DNA from: Lepidodermella squamata | Taxonomy: Eukaryota > Animalia > Gastrotricha | Length of the DNA: 64,000 nucleotides | Assembly: GCA_047495785.1 (NCBI GenBank) | Contig: JBLDXI010000020.1 | Coordinates: 2,480,001-2,544,000 of the forward strand | Reading direction: 5' to 3' | In this document: piece by piece, positions 11,443 through 23,300 of the stretch | Numbering within the stretch: the first letter of the stretch is position 1 | Layout: each line of letters starts with the position of its first letter | Translations under genes and position numbers: made by a program | The notes under the pieces: generated by a model | Seen by the model: the letters and a program-made list of their open reading frames with translations, nothing else | Told to the model about the DNA's origin: nothing | Database searches by the model: none

Positions 11443-14400
11443 TCAACCGCGCCTAGGTGGCGGCGGGGGTGGCGCTGATGACGTGGGCGGCATATTCCTT
11501 GGAGGCGCCCTGGGTGGGGGCGCAGGGGCCGAATCTGCAGTCGCCCATGGATCAGAAGGTGGAGCTGGAGGCGGCGCCCTTCGAGGCGCCGGAGGAGGAG
11601 GAGCCACTGCCGCATCGAAGCCATTCCCATTTTGTTCGAAAACATTCGCGTAGTGATGCGATTCAGCAGGGGCAGCGGGAGGAGGCCGAGGGACCGCCCG
11701 GGTAGGCACTTGAGGAGCTCCAAAGTTGTCATCAGGCCACGAAGTCGGCGCAGGCGCATTCGACTCCGGTAGTTGTGAGGTACCCCATGGATCATTTGAA
11801 GGGACAGCCGGAACTGGGGCAGGCGGTGGGGCTCTTCTAGGCGGAGGCATAGCTGCAGGACTTTCATCGGGCCAGCTGGTAACAGGCGCAGCTTGAGCCG
11901 CTAATGATTGCGGTATCGATGAAGGATCACCGACATAGAACCTAACAACAAAACAATCGTTTCATTATTGCCAATAACAAAATAAATTTCGAGGCAGAGT
12001 GCCTAATTTTAGGGCTGGAATCTCATTGGCAAATTTAGACCCATCAAAAACTCCAAAATACTAAATTTCTCCAAAATTATCCTCTAATTCGAAAATAAGG
12101 TGACAAATGAAAATTCATGTCATGACTCACGTGTTGGCTGCTGGAGTGCTAGGCGGTTCAAAATCATCCATCAAATTCTGCCTGGGAGCTGGAGGTGGCG
12201 GAGGCCTCGAGGGCGGCGGAACCCGGGCTGGTGGTACAGCCGGCGCCGAACTAAAATCGCCAATAAGGCTTGGCTCACTCTCACCAGCCATCTCCAACAA
12301 CTGATCGATCGACTTCGAAGATGTTACCTTCGACGGCAAGGCAGGTTTGTCATCACTTCCAGCGCTTTCAAACAACGAATCATCCAACGGAGCGTTAGTA
12401 TGCAACACGCCAACGCTAGTTAGCTTGACGAATTTCGTCGTTTTCGGTACACAAGGCCGGTCTTGAACCACATAAGGCGGTTTCACGTCCATAGCAGGCC
12501 GCGATATTGAGACTGGTAAAATGAACGAAGAAGACGGCGACATGCCAGGCTTTTTCGCTTGAGGCGGCGGCGGGCGGGGTGGCGGCGGTGTTTTCGCGGC
12601 ATTCCGCAAATTTTCCGCCGATTTCGACGGATGCAACGTATTCTCAGTAACAGACAGAAAATTGTCAATTGCTTGGTCGTAATTGACCTCCGAATTATCC
12701 GCAATCGAATTCGACGAATCAGTACCGCGAATGCCTTCATCGCTATACTGACTTTCAGTATCGTCAGGATAGGGCGATTCACTGCCAATCAAATTAGCAA
12801 CTTGAACAGGTTCCGCCAGTAATTTGTTAGCGAAAAAGTCCGGGTATTCTTCCGAGGTCGACGCAACGACCTTTGAAACAGCTTCAAACCAGTTCGAATT
12901 GATAAATTTCGGCTCGATTTTAAACATGGTATTAGTGCGCAATTTCAACGCATCGCCGGCTTCACGCGTGTCCGTAAAAGTAACGACCGCCTTTGAATTC
13001 ACGTATCTCATCACCGAAATTTGCCCACAGCTGTTAACAATCATTCGAATATCACTCGCATCAGCCGCTTCGGCTTGGTCAAGCGGTGTTATAACAACAC
13101 TAGCATCCAGCGGGCCGACTTCCTTCAAAAAATTCGCGACCGTTTGCTTCATTTTGCGTTCATCGATTTGAAACACGTCAATGTCAAAAAGTGCGTAGAC
13201 AGGCCGGTGGTCGGATGTTCGCAATTCAGCGCGGTTATACAGCAATAACCGGCCGCTATTCCACGATGCTTGTTCTTGATTAGCGAGAGATTCGTCGACA
13301 TAGAGCGGGCGACGGGTCCACAAAATGCGATCCGTCCACGCTGGGACGCGATTTTTTTCCGACGTATCGTAATCGTCTGAGAAAATATCGTACTTGTAAG
13401 TGGGCGCAAAGTCAATATTGCCCTCGTTGAAAGTTGACAAAACGCGCTGCCACGTCGGCAACTGATCGGCATCGCCGCCCTGTTCCTCGACGAATTTATT
13501 CAGCGCCTCGTGCGCTTTTAAACACTCGAGACGCAGTTGTTCGTAATTCGATAATTCGCGGTACTGTTTAGCTGCGACCAAATCGCGGACTGTTTGATTC
13601 GCTAGCTGACCGATTCGATAATTAAAATCGCCAAAAAGAAACACATAGTCATGACTCCAAACAGTCCGGCCCTAAAAAAGCAGTAAGAAAAAATTAACTA
13701 TAGACTAACAGAAAGAAAAGAAGAAATAACACTCGGCAACTAATTCAATATTTCAAGCCAAATATTGGTGAAAAAGCGTCAAAAAAACAACGATTCAACA
13801 GACTCTAAATTAACTGAGTGAGAAATTAATTCTAAAATGTGCTTACTCCACAACTTTCCTGATCATTCAAAATGTTGAATATTAAATATTAATAAAATAT
13901 TAAAACTAATTACTTGAGGGAATGATAGGCGATTTGCGATTTCAGCTAGATCAGAATTTCGATCTGAGACTTTATTTTGCCCGGCTGCTAAATGACCGCA
14001 AACAAAACAAATCGAAGAACCATGAAGTCGGAATCGAACTGATACGCCGCCTTTATTGCCAGTTGCACCGCCTAGGCCAGTTTTCACCGAGCTGACAGCA
14101 ACGTCCCTGATGATTTAATTATTAGCTGAATTCATCTAATAATTAGTAGCCTCATACCTGAGATAAGGTGCCAGCTGGGGGCGAATGAAAACAATGAGGC
14201 AAACCCCGACCAGTTGGATACTGGCTAAATAAATGTACTGCCGATCAGGAGAGCAAGAAATTGTCTTGAGAAGACGTTGAGCCCAATCTTCTTGATTCTT
14301 GGTACTACAAGGTGGAAAAAATGGAGTTATTGTTTTCGTTTCAATTTATGATTTTTTGCATTAATTACTCTGCTGAGACAATGTTTTGCGCATTCAAGTC

Positions 14401-16809
14401 AACAATCTCTTGAAATCCGATTGCATAAATATCAACGGGCTGTGAGTAGTCTTTGCCGGGGTCAATGAGTTCAGGCCGGTCGCGGCGTGTCGCTTCGACG
14501 AAATCGGTCAGCCAGTCATTGATTGAATCCTCCTTATAAGCGATCGATCGCGTCCGCTGCCCGCCATTCACGTTCCAACTGCCGACAAACACGCGCAGCG
14601 GGCGCGGATTCGAATATTGCGGATAACGCAATATTAGCTCGCGACACAGCCATATAGGCGCTTTATATTAAAAAGGAAAAAACACACGATACAAGTGAGT
14701 TTTCTAGGCGAATAATCGATAGAAATAAAATGCGAAGCTTACAATAAGGAGTATATTCTTGAATGTAGGCAAACGATCGATCACCCAGTTCCCCAGTAGG
14801 ACAACCACTCTTCAGAATCATATGAATGGCCGAATGCTTAGCCGAGTCAAGAATTCCGGATTGAACAGCTCGACTCGCAGAAGTTGCGACATCCGCGTAC
14901 TAAAAAATTACAAAATTACGAGTAACTCGAAAAAATCAAATTATTCATTTTCGAAAAAAACTGGGACAGAAGAAGTAAATTTTGGTAAAATTATTTGATA
15001 GAATTACCTTCCCTTTGCCGCCCAGCATCGCGCTTGTACCAGCGTAAATTCGGCTGCAATGGTCGCCGTTAGCAGCCCACATTTGTTTGAGAGCATCAAC
15101 AAAATGAGTCCGATTTGATCGACTAGAACGTTCATTGAGATGAAGAACACCGAGTTGCGTTTCTAAAACCTGCGCCGCTATCATCGATTGAACAGCATTC
15201 GTTCGATCCAAGCAATCGATGCAATTTGTTCGAATAACACCAGTTTGTTCACTGAGGAATTATAAAAATTGAGTGCTAATTCGAAAATCGATTTTTTTTC
15301 ACTCACGTTCTGACTAAACCATCCGCATAGTGAAAAATGCCGTATTTAGTGACGGCTGACTGAAGCCGGTCCCACAATTTAGGCAAGCACTTCTCCTGGG
15401 CTCGTTTCCATTCGGCGTGAAAATCAAAAGCGATGTGATCAGTATTTTGAAGTAGGGCCGAGCATTGATGATGTTCCTGGTACCAGGCATTCAGCGCTGA
15501 CTCATCGCCTTCGCAAATCAATTTCAGCTGTTTCCGACTAGCAGCTGCGAGCAGGTTAACTACAGTTAACTCTTTGTATTGTTTAAATAGCCGATAGAAA
15601 TGACGCTCAAAGGCTGGCGCACAGGCTTCGAAACCGCGAGAAAGACGAACGTAATGTTTACCAAGCTAAAGATATGAATAGAATAGATTAGATTAAATTA
15701 AGAAAAACAGCGAAAAATTAGCAATTGATGGAAATAGATGATTTATCTGAATTTCCAGCACCAAGCTTTCCAAGCTCCGATTCTAAATAATACTCACGTC
15801 ATGACGCGACATCAGGTTACTCAAAATCTTCATGTGTAAAGGGATAAATTTCATCAAACTATTCTCTCAACAGCGAGTTATTAAAATCATATTCTGGAAA
15901 GGGTAAAATGCCTAATATTTCACTCACATTGTGACCAACTTGTTCCCATAGCAAAGGAACCGAGCCTCGAATCTGAACAAATGACGACAGTTCCGACTCA
16001 TCTTTGACAATCAGTTGTTCAGTTTCGACGAAATTCGCCACATGGCCAACATCATTACACCCACGGCAGCTGAATCGCGTCCCAGCTCGTTCGCAAGATA
16101 GCCTCGAAATAATCAACACTCGAACAGCGTTGCTGTCAACGTAGACTGTTCGCATTTCAACCCCGCCGCAAATTACACGAACAAGCCAGTCGGATGTGGA
16201 CGAAATTCCGGATGATATGAAGGGAAGCCAGAAGTTTCTGTTCCAGAAAAACGCGCGGCTCATCGGGTCTAAAAACGGTGATGAATAAGTCGTTTGAGAA
16301 ACAGTTTGCCGTTGAATCGACCGAGTGATGTCGTAATTCGATACAGTCGATGGGCAGAAATAGAAAAAGCCAGAGCTGAGAAATTTTCGCACCTCCGACA
16401 AATAATCTGGGTCGTTTTGTTGCTTCGATTTTGTCGATATCATATTAACGGCACTGATTTTGAAAATTTCGGCCAGTGAAAACTTTCCGACATGCGAAAA
16501 TCCCGTGACCATAACCAGCCAATCTTGACCCTCAGCGAGCGAAAAAACTCCGAGGCAAGCGTAGGCATCACTCAATTTTTCGATGGTGTAGCCGCTTGTG
16601 AATCGAAGAGCATCAGTTTCTTCCTTAGCTGGAAAATATATTTCAATAATTTTGGTTAAATAGGAAGTCAAATTCGACTTACTAAGCTCTGTAATGGTTG
16701 AATTAGCGAATAAAAGAGCTTCTATGCTGTCCTTCCGCTCCACAATGAGCGAATACGGAAAGCCTGGTCCTTCCACGCTGCTGACCACAAAATTTCGTGA
16801 AAGCGACAT
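11443..16809 (-). CDS. SYNJ1: Synaptojanin (Sac1 + inositol 5-phosphatase + proline-rich tail)
   Basis: Sac1 motifs [33 protein letters not shown], catalytic CIDCLDRT. 5-phosphatase motifs [33 protein letters not shown]. About 10 exons; last exon 11941-11443. Confidence 0.95.
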
Positions 16810-16957
16810 CTAAGTTAATGTGAACTAAAAAAAAGAATAAACGGTACATTGCAGACAACGAAAAAAAATCAGTTTTGATAAGACTTGGAAAACCATCAAC
16901 GGGTCATTTCAATGAGAGCAAGGCAGCAGAAGTCTTTGAGCAAACACAATTGAGCTT

Positions 16958-18610
16958 TTATTCCTTCGCAAAGGCGACTTTGAAAGCTTCGATCGCGCGT
17001 TTTCTAGCCATATCGTGGTCGACGATTGGTTTAGGATAGCCAAGTTTTGCGAAAACACCAGAGGCCAGCGCGTGAAAAGGATCGTGAACTGTATTATTCT
17101 TCAACGAGGCTAATTCAGGTACCCATTTTTTGATATAATCGCCAGCTGGGTCGTTCTTCTCACTCTGAAGTTTCGGATTGAAAACCCGGAAATATGGCTG
17201 GGCATCGGTTCCAGTCGAAGCCGACCACTGCCAACCGCCGTTATTCGACGCAAAATCACCATCGATCAGATGTTTCATGAAATAAGCCTCACCAAGCCGC
17301 CAGTCAATCAACAGATCTTTCGTCAGAAACATAGCAGTGACCATTCTCACTCGGTTGTGCATCCACCCGGTCGCGTTCAACTGCCGCATACCCGCATCGA
17401 CGATCGGATAACCGGTTTTTCCTTCACACCACCGCTGGAAATTTTCGGGGTCGTTGCGCCATTTCACGTAATCAGACGAGATCTTGAACGGTTTGCCGCG
17501 AACAACTCGCGGGAAAAAGAACATCACATGACGGTAGAAATCACGCCAGCATAGTTCGGATATCCACGTGACAATGCCCTCATTTCCAGTGGTGATTTTG
17601 CTAATTTTAGGCGGGTCGTCCGATTTCGGGTCGGACTTGATGCCAGCAACGATGCACTCACGTACTGAAACAGCACCGATTGACAAATAAGGCGAAATGC
17701 GGCTCGTGCCAGGCTGCGCCGGAAAGTCACGTGACTTTTTGTAGCCAGCTGACTTTTCGAGGATAAATTTGACTAGAATCTCCTTTATTTCAGCATTTGA
17801 TGCCGGCCATTCTTTACGAATTGTTTTCGCGTAGTCAGGGTCTTTCATCTCAAAACCTTCGACAGATTTAGGCACTTCTTCTTTTTCAACAGATGGGAAC
17901 GGCTTGCACACGTTTTTACCGGGCGGTGGCGATATTTTCAAGCATTCTGGGTTTGCTTCGATGTATTTGTACCAGGACGAACGGAAGGGCGTGAAAACAG
18001 TGTAAGGCTTTTGTTCTTTAGTCAAGATGCTACCGGGCTGGGCAATGCATTGATCGTGAGTAGGATGGACTGAGATTCCTTTCTTTGACAAATAATCGTT
18101 GACGTACTTGTCTCGAGCAACTTCATCCACTTCGTATTCGCGATTGAAAAATATGGCAGACGCACCGATTTCTCGACATAGCTTGAGCAAGATTTGAGGG
18201 GTGAGTTTGCTATCAGTTGAGTCTTCTTCATCTCCAGAGGGTAGCTTATCAGCTGGTTCGCCGTTATAAACTCGAGGCAAAAACGAACCATGGCGAATGT
18301 ATAGAGGAATCGCGTAGTTGTTCCATAGCTCTTTCTTCAACTCGGCCAGAGTTCGTAGAATCAAGTCAACCTTACAAGGGGCTAGATCATGGGCTCGATA
18401 CTCTTTTTCGGCGATGACGTAAACAGCAGCAACGCCTTTGCCGTTAGAATGAAGAAACGCGTTATGAAGAGCTGGATTGTCATTCACTCGTAGATCTGTT
18501 CGAAACCACATCAAAGCTGGCCCGCCGGCACTATCTGAAGCATCAGATGCCTCTTTCTTCAAGCGCTTCTTCTCGTGACCACCATCTTCGTCGCCAGATT
18601 TGCCAGGCAT
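16958..18610 (-). CDS. phr: Class I CPD DNA photolyase, copy A (canonical active site), intronless
   Basis: WFRTDLRVNDNPAL, YTVFTPF, TSRISPYL, WISELCWRDFY, GKTGYPIVDAGMRQL, GWMHNRVRM, DGDFASNNGGWQWSASTGTDAQPYFRVFNP. First ATG at 18610 (the ORF track starts at a TTG). Confidence 0.93.
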   Translation of the reverse strand: MPGKSGDEDGGHEKKRLKKEASDASDSAGGPALMWFRTDLRVNDNPALHNAFLHSNGKGVAAVYVIAEKEYRAHDLAPCKVDLILRTLAELKKELWNNYAIPLYIRHGSFLPRVYNGEPADKLPSGDEEDSTDSKLTPQILLKLCREIGASAIFFNREYEVDEVARDKYVNDYLSKKGISVHPTHDQCIAQPGSILTKEQKPYTVFTPFRSSWYKYIEANPECLKISPPPGKNVCKPFPSVEKEEVPKSVEGFEMKDPDYAKTIRKEWPASNAEIKEILVKFILEKSAGYKKSRDFPAQPGTSRISPYLSIGAVSVRECIVAGIKSDPKSDDPPKISKITTGNEGIVTWISELCWRDFYRHVMFFFPRVVRGKPFKISSDYVKWRNDPENFQRWCEGKTGYPIVDAGMRQLNATGWMHNRVRMVTAMFLTKDLLIDWRLGEAYFMKHLIDGDFASNNGGWQWSASTGTDAQPYFRVFNPKLQSEKNDPAGDYIKKWVPELASLKNNTVHDPFHALASGVFAKLGYPKPIVDHDMARKRAIEAFKVAFAKE

Positions 18611-18729
18611 AAAATTCAACAGTTTGTTCAAAAAATCTACGGCCAAAAACAAGTATAGATTCGTTGCATCTCAATATCATACGCACTTTCTGCATATTCT
18701 CAAAACAACCAAAAATAACTAAATAAAAA

Positions 18730-20307
18730 TTACCACCGTTTTCCCGACTTTGGTCTAAAAGCATCTTGGGCTCTATTTCTAGCAACTTCGTGCTCAACCA
18801 TAGGAGCCGGGTAGTTTAATCGAGCAAACTGAGCCGGTGAAAGTGTCTTGTGTGGGTCATGAACGTGTTCATCGCTTAGTGAAGCTAATTCAGGTACCCA
18901 TCGCTTGATGTACTGCCCATTTCCGTCGTACTTCTCGCCTTGAAGCTTAGGGTTGAAAACTCGATTCGGTCGAGGGTCAGTTCCACTGGAAGCAACATAT
19001 TGCCAACTGCCGTTATTCGAAGCAAAGTCCCCGTCGATTAGATGCTTCATGAAAAAGGCTTCGCCCCAACGCCAATCAATTAGCAGATCTTTAGTGAGAA
19101 AACTAGCCACAACTTGCCGAGTCCTATTATGCATCCAACCAGTTGCAAGCAGCTGTCGCATGCCAGCGTCAACGAATGGGTAGCCCGTTTTACCTTCACA
19201 CCATCGTTGAAATTGCTCAGGATCATTGCGCCACTCGACATAATTTGCAGAAGGTTTCAGAGGTTTCCCCTTACACACATGGGGAAAATTATGCATTACA
19301 TGCCGAAAGAATTCTCGCCAGCATAATTCAGATATCCAGTGAACAAGGGCCGGGCTGCCATCAGTAATCAAATTGATGTTTGGAGGACTGACAGCACCGG
19401 TGCAAATGACTGCTCGGATGCATTGACGGACAGATATACAGCCGATAGATAGATAAGGTGACAAGCGACTAGTGTTCTTAGCAGGAAAATCGCGAGAAAC
19501 ATTGTAGTGAGACAATCTTGTTGTGACGAAGTCGTTTAAGAATGATCTTGCCGCATTCGCACCTGGCGGCCAGTATTTTTGCACAGTAGCGAGAAACTCG
19601 GAATCGGGAGGCTCAAAACCATCGAGCTTATCAGGTACTTCGTCGGGTGACGGAGGAATTGTGTCAGGATTTCTGCTCGGAACGGGGGAGACGTTGAGAC
19701 ATTGCGGATTATCTTGAATGTATTTGTACCATACGGTTCGGAAAGGGGTGAATACCGTTAGAGGCTTTTGATCTTTCGATTTTATTGTACCAGGAGGGGC
19801 AACACATTGATCATGGAAAGGATGAACAGAGATTCCATGTTTCGTCAAACACTCCGAAACGTATTTATCACGCACAGCTTCGTCATACTCGTATTCGCAG
19901 TTGTAAAAGAGCGATGTAGCACCAGTTTCGCGGCACAGTTGCAAGAGAATTTGAGGAGTGAGCCTGCTGGCACTGGAATGTATCGCTTCGTTGCCATCGG
20001 GTAGCTTATCAGCTGTTATTTTGTTGAAAACTCGCGGCAGAAAAGAGCCACTCCGAATGAAGAGTGGAATTGAATGATTCTCCCATAGCTCTTTCTTCAG
20101 CTCCTTGACGGATCGCAGAATAAGGTCGACCTTTGCAGGTGAAAGATCATGCGCGGCCCATTCTTTCTCTGCAATGACGAATACAGCAACAACGCCTCGG
20201 TCAGCTGCGTGAACGAAGGAGTTGTGTAAAGCAGGATTATCGGCCACACGCAGATCACTACGGAACCACATCAACGAAGGACCTTTCATCAGCTTTTTAG
20301 CCGCCAT
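18730..20307 (-). CDS. Class I photolyase paralog, copy B, with CRY-DASH-like substitutions, intronless
   Basis: Collinear with copy A (WFRSDLRVADNPAL, TSRLSPYL, WISELCWREFF, GKTGYPFVDAGMRQL) but has NRTRQVVAS and NNGSWQYVASSGTDPRPNRVFNP. Confidence 0.9.
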   Translation of the reverse strand: MAAKKLMKGPSLMWFRSDLRVADNPALHNSFVHAADRGVVAVFVIAEKEWAAHDLSPAKVDLILRSVKELKKELWENHSIPLFIRSGSFLPRVFNKITADKLPDGNEAIHSSASRLTPQILLQLCRETGATSLFYNCEYEYDEAVRDKYVSECLTKHGISVHPFHDQCVAPPGTIKSKDQKPLTVFTPFRTVWYKYIQDNPQCLNVSPVPSRNPDTIPPSPDEVPDKLDGFEPPDSEFLATVQKYWPPGANAARSFLNDFVTTRLSHYNVSRDFPAKNTSRLSPYLSIGCISVRQCIRAVICTGAVSPPNINLITDGSPALVHWISELCWREFFRHVMHNFPHVCKGKPLKPSANYVEWRNDPEQFQRWCEGKTGYPFVDAGMRQLLATGWMHNRTRQVVASFLTKDLLIDWRWGEAFFMKHLIDGDFASNNGSWQYVASSGTDPRPNRVFNPKLQGEKYDGNGQYIKRWVPELASLSDEHVHDPHKTLSPAQFARLNYPAPMVEHEVARNRAQDAFRPKSGKRW

Positions 20308-23300
20308 AACAAGGCAATCTTTCGAAATACAAATTATTCAGTGAAAGAATAATGGTCGAATGAAGCTCGAATCGTTCAACGCTGACGTCCCAGCAAGCGT
20401 ACCACGTGTCAAAAGTCTTCGATATCAAGGCCAAAGCGCAAGTCAAACCAGGCCAAAGACACAACAAAACCAGGCCAGACAAAGCCAAGATTTGGCAAGC
20501 GAATCGACCGCGATAAATCGTAGTTCGATTTTTTGCTATAATTAGCGGCAAATAACAAGTGTGAAGGTCATTGCGCCCTGTAATATTTTATTTCGAATTA
20601 TCTCCTATTTTATTCAGTTAATACACATTTTAAAAATATTACGTAATTTACATGAAAAGGAGGGAAATTTAAATCTTAGATCATCAGCTACCTCGATTTT
20701 GGCCTCGTTCTACTTTCCGTTTAAGCCACTTTAGTTTGACTGGAAGACTAAAGACCCAGCGGCCGCCGATGCTTTTTCCTTGGGGTGCACAGGACGATGT
20801 TTATCGAGACCATTCCGAGTGGAGAGCAATAAAGGTTGAAGTCATAGAACTTGACAAAAGGGAAAGTATCGGGGCAGTAGCTGCTCTTGGGCGATGAATT
20901 CTCACCGTTTTCGATTTCGTTGGTAAAACCACCCTCTGAGGGGATCTTTCTTATAGCGTAGTTAATATGCGGGCTCTTGGAGTGCTCCCTCTCAGGGGGT
21001 TCCATCTTCGAGGGCCCTCTTATTTGGCTTCACTTTTTCTCACTAGAAGTGCAAACCAAACTAGTCTGCTAGATTCTGCACGGCAAAGCGCTTGGCCTGC
21101 TTATTGCTGATTTCACGAAGAAGGGAAGCCGCCATAGAGACTCACCGGAAGGCCTACAGTTGTCTACCATTTGACCACAGCAACATCACCAGCCAGCGAA
21201 ATGTTCTCCACCCTCCACCGTGGCACTAGCCAGAAATGAGACCCGTAAAGCGATCTTTGTAGGGATGAAATACGGCTCATGAAAACTAAAGGCGAGAAAT
21301 GCATCGTGCATAGAAATGGTGTCATCCAGGAGCCGTTGTAGAACCTTGAAAAGCAGCTGTGAAATCCGATTTATTGTATTTGTTTGAAAATGGATCTTAA
21401 TAGCGGTAAGCGGTAATGCGGGTTAACAATCAACGATAATCTTAATAATTGCTTTTTATTAGCACTAAAAATTGCTGCCTTTCTCAACAGGTGCTATCTA
21501 TCTCATTTAACCAACGTATCCTAACAGAAGTATTCGAAAGCTTGACCACTGTCATAAACGTCTTTTCATGTTTATATCATTGGGAAATAAGTAATGCTTG
21601 ACGGATTTCGATGTTTGTATTCTTTTCCAGAAAAAACAGATAAAAATGGTTTCTTTGTGTGTTTTGAAGTGAGTAATTTGATTTTCTACTTGTGAAGAAG
21701 GATGAGAATTGAAAATAAATATTCAAGAAAATCGCTGAAACGGCGTAAACCTGCCACAAATTGCCGCTATTATAATGGCTTGCTCGATAGAAGTATCCCG
21801 AACATTGGAGTCAATCCCTAACCTCAGCTTTGCGACATGGGGCGTAACGACGGCGAAGGCGTAATTTATACCGCGAAAAAACCCAACGTAATCGATTTCT
21901 TTATTCCTCATTTAGTATCGCGAACCTCTGAGACCATCTGCGACATGCAACGCTGGGCTTTGCCATGCCGCGACGAATTATATCTCTCGGAATTTATGTG
22001 ATACGCGATAGTTCAGGGTCGCCATTTTTTTAGCTCTCATTATCTTTCGCGTTATAAGTCACTTGATATATAAGGCGCACATGGCTTAAGATCTGAGGAT
22101 GAAATACGGCAGCTGTCATTAATATACATAATATTTTCTTGATACGTCCCGAGACTATTGCTGTGCGCTGTACTTGCGACATTTCCATTTAGTTCTTTTC
22201 GGATGACTGGCACCGTTTACTCATCATCATGTATAACATGGTCGTCCTTTCCCTAGTCTAATATTATATCCATGATAAGCCTTCCCGTATTTAGTATTTG
22301 AGCTATTTCTGATCATTAACACGAAACTCTACCCCAATTGTCTTTGAAGGTAGCAATAAAAGTTTAATAAAGCAACCAGCTGATCAGCTATCAAGTGCGC
22401 AAGCGGCTCATTGTTCAACCGAAAAATAAGATATAATTCATGATGTACATGTTTTCTTTCAAAGTGGCTCAATACTCAATAGTATGGAATTATTGACATT
22501 CAAAGTACAGGGCAATTTTTTTGTAATTTTGCGTAAAAACACCAACTGTCTGACTACATATTTTCTTGCGAAAAACCTGGCATTCGTTCTATATTATACA
22601 TGCTTACACCTCTTGAACTAATATACATGAGCGGCCATTATTTTATTGACCCGCGAGGCGCAATATAAAGCGTAGGAGTGATGAGCAATTAAACACGCGC
22701 CTGTAAATGATATAGCATACCTATCCATAAAAGCCCCAATGAGAACCAAAATACTTCGGTAATTAAAACGAGGGATGTGGGCTGAACGGAAGTGTACTTA
22801 TCACACTCGAACTCCTATTCCTACCTTTATAGCTGTAGACCACTCGGTCAGTGCACTCGGCACCACTATCAACGAATAGTCGTTTTTCGAATAGTCAGAG
22901 GAGTCTGCTTAGATTTTCAACTAACCCTTGAGGACAAACTTTAATACGGGGACACTTTTCACACGAACGATCCTAACTTATCGAAATCACTAGCAAGAAG
23001 CAACTCCTGCTGTTATAATAAGCCCGGAGCTTACAAATAATTTCTATAACCGTTCTCTTTTCGTCCTTAATCCATAATTATCGGCTTCATGCGATTAAAA
23101 TAGAAATCGATATATCTCTAACAGTTTTTCGGCTTGTTGCTTCGCACTAAGCCGAGGTTTAGAGGGTGTTTGCTCATTATTTGAACAAGCAAACTACACA
23201 GATATATTCAGCGAATTATCAGTTTTATTTTTAAACGAGCTTTAAGCCTTGTCGGAGCTTCGCACTACTCAGGACTACCCCGATCATCGTTAACAAGTAA

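Noticed and set aside
18611-18735. Splicing that fuses the two photolyases into one double-domain protein
   Set aside because: The obvious GTAATT..CCGTAG intron (18733-18637, 97 nt) creates TGA and is out of frame.
20740-23100. Possible decayed TE pieces (LINE ORF1-like KTKGEKCIVHRNGVI near 21290; integrase-like PQGLVENL near 22920)
   Set aside because: Matches are too short and interrupted to support without a search.
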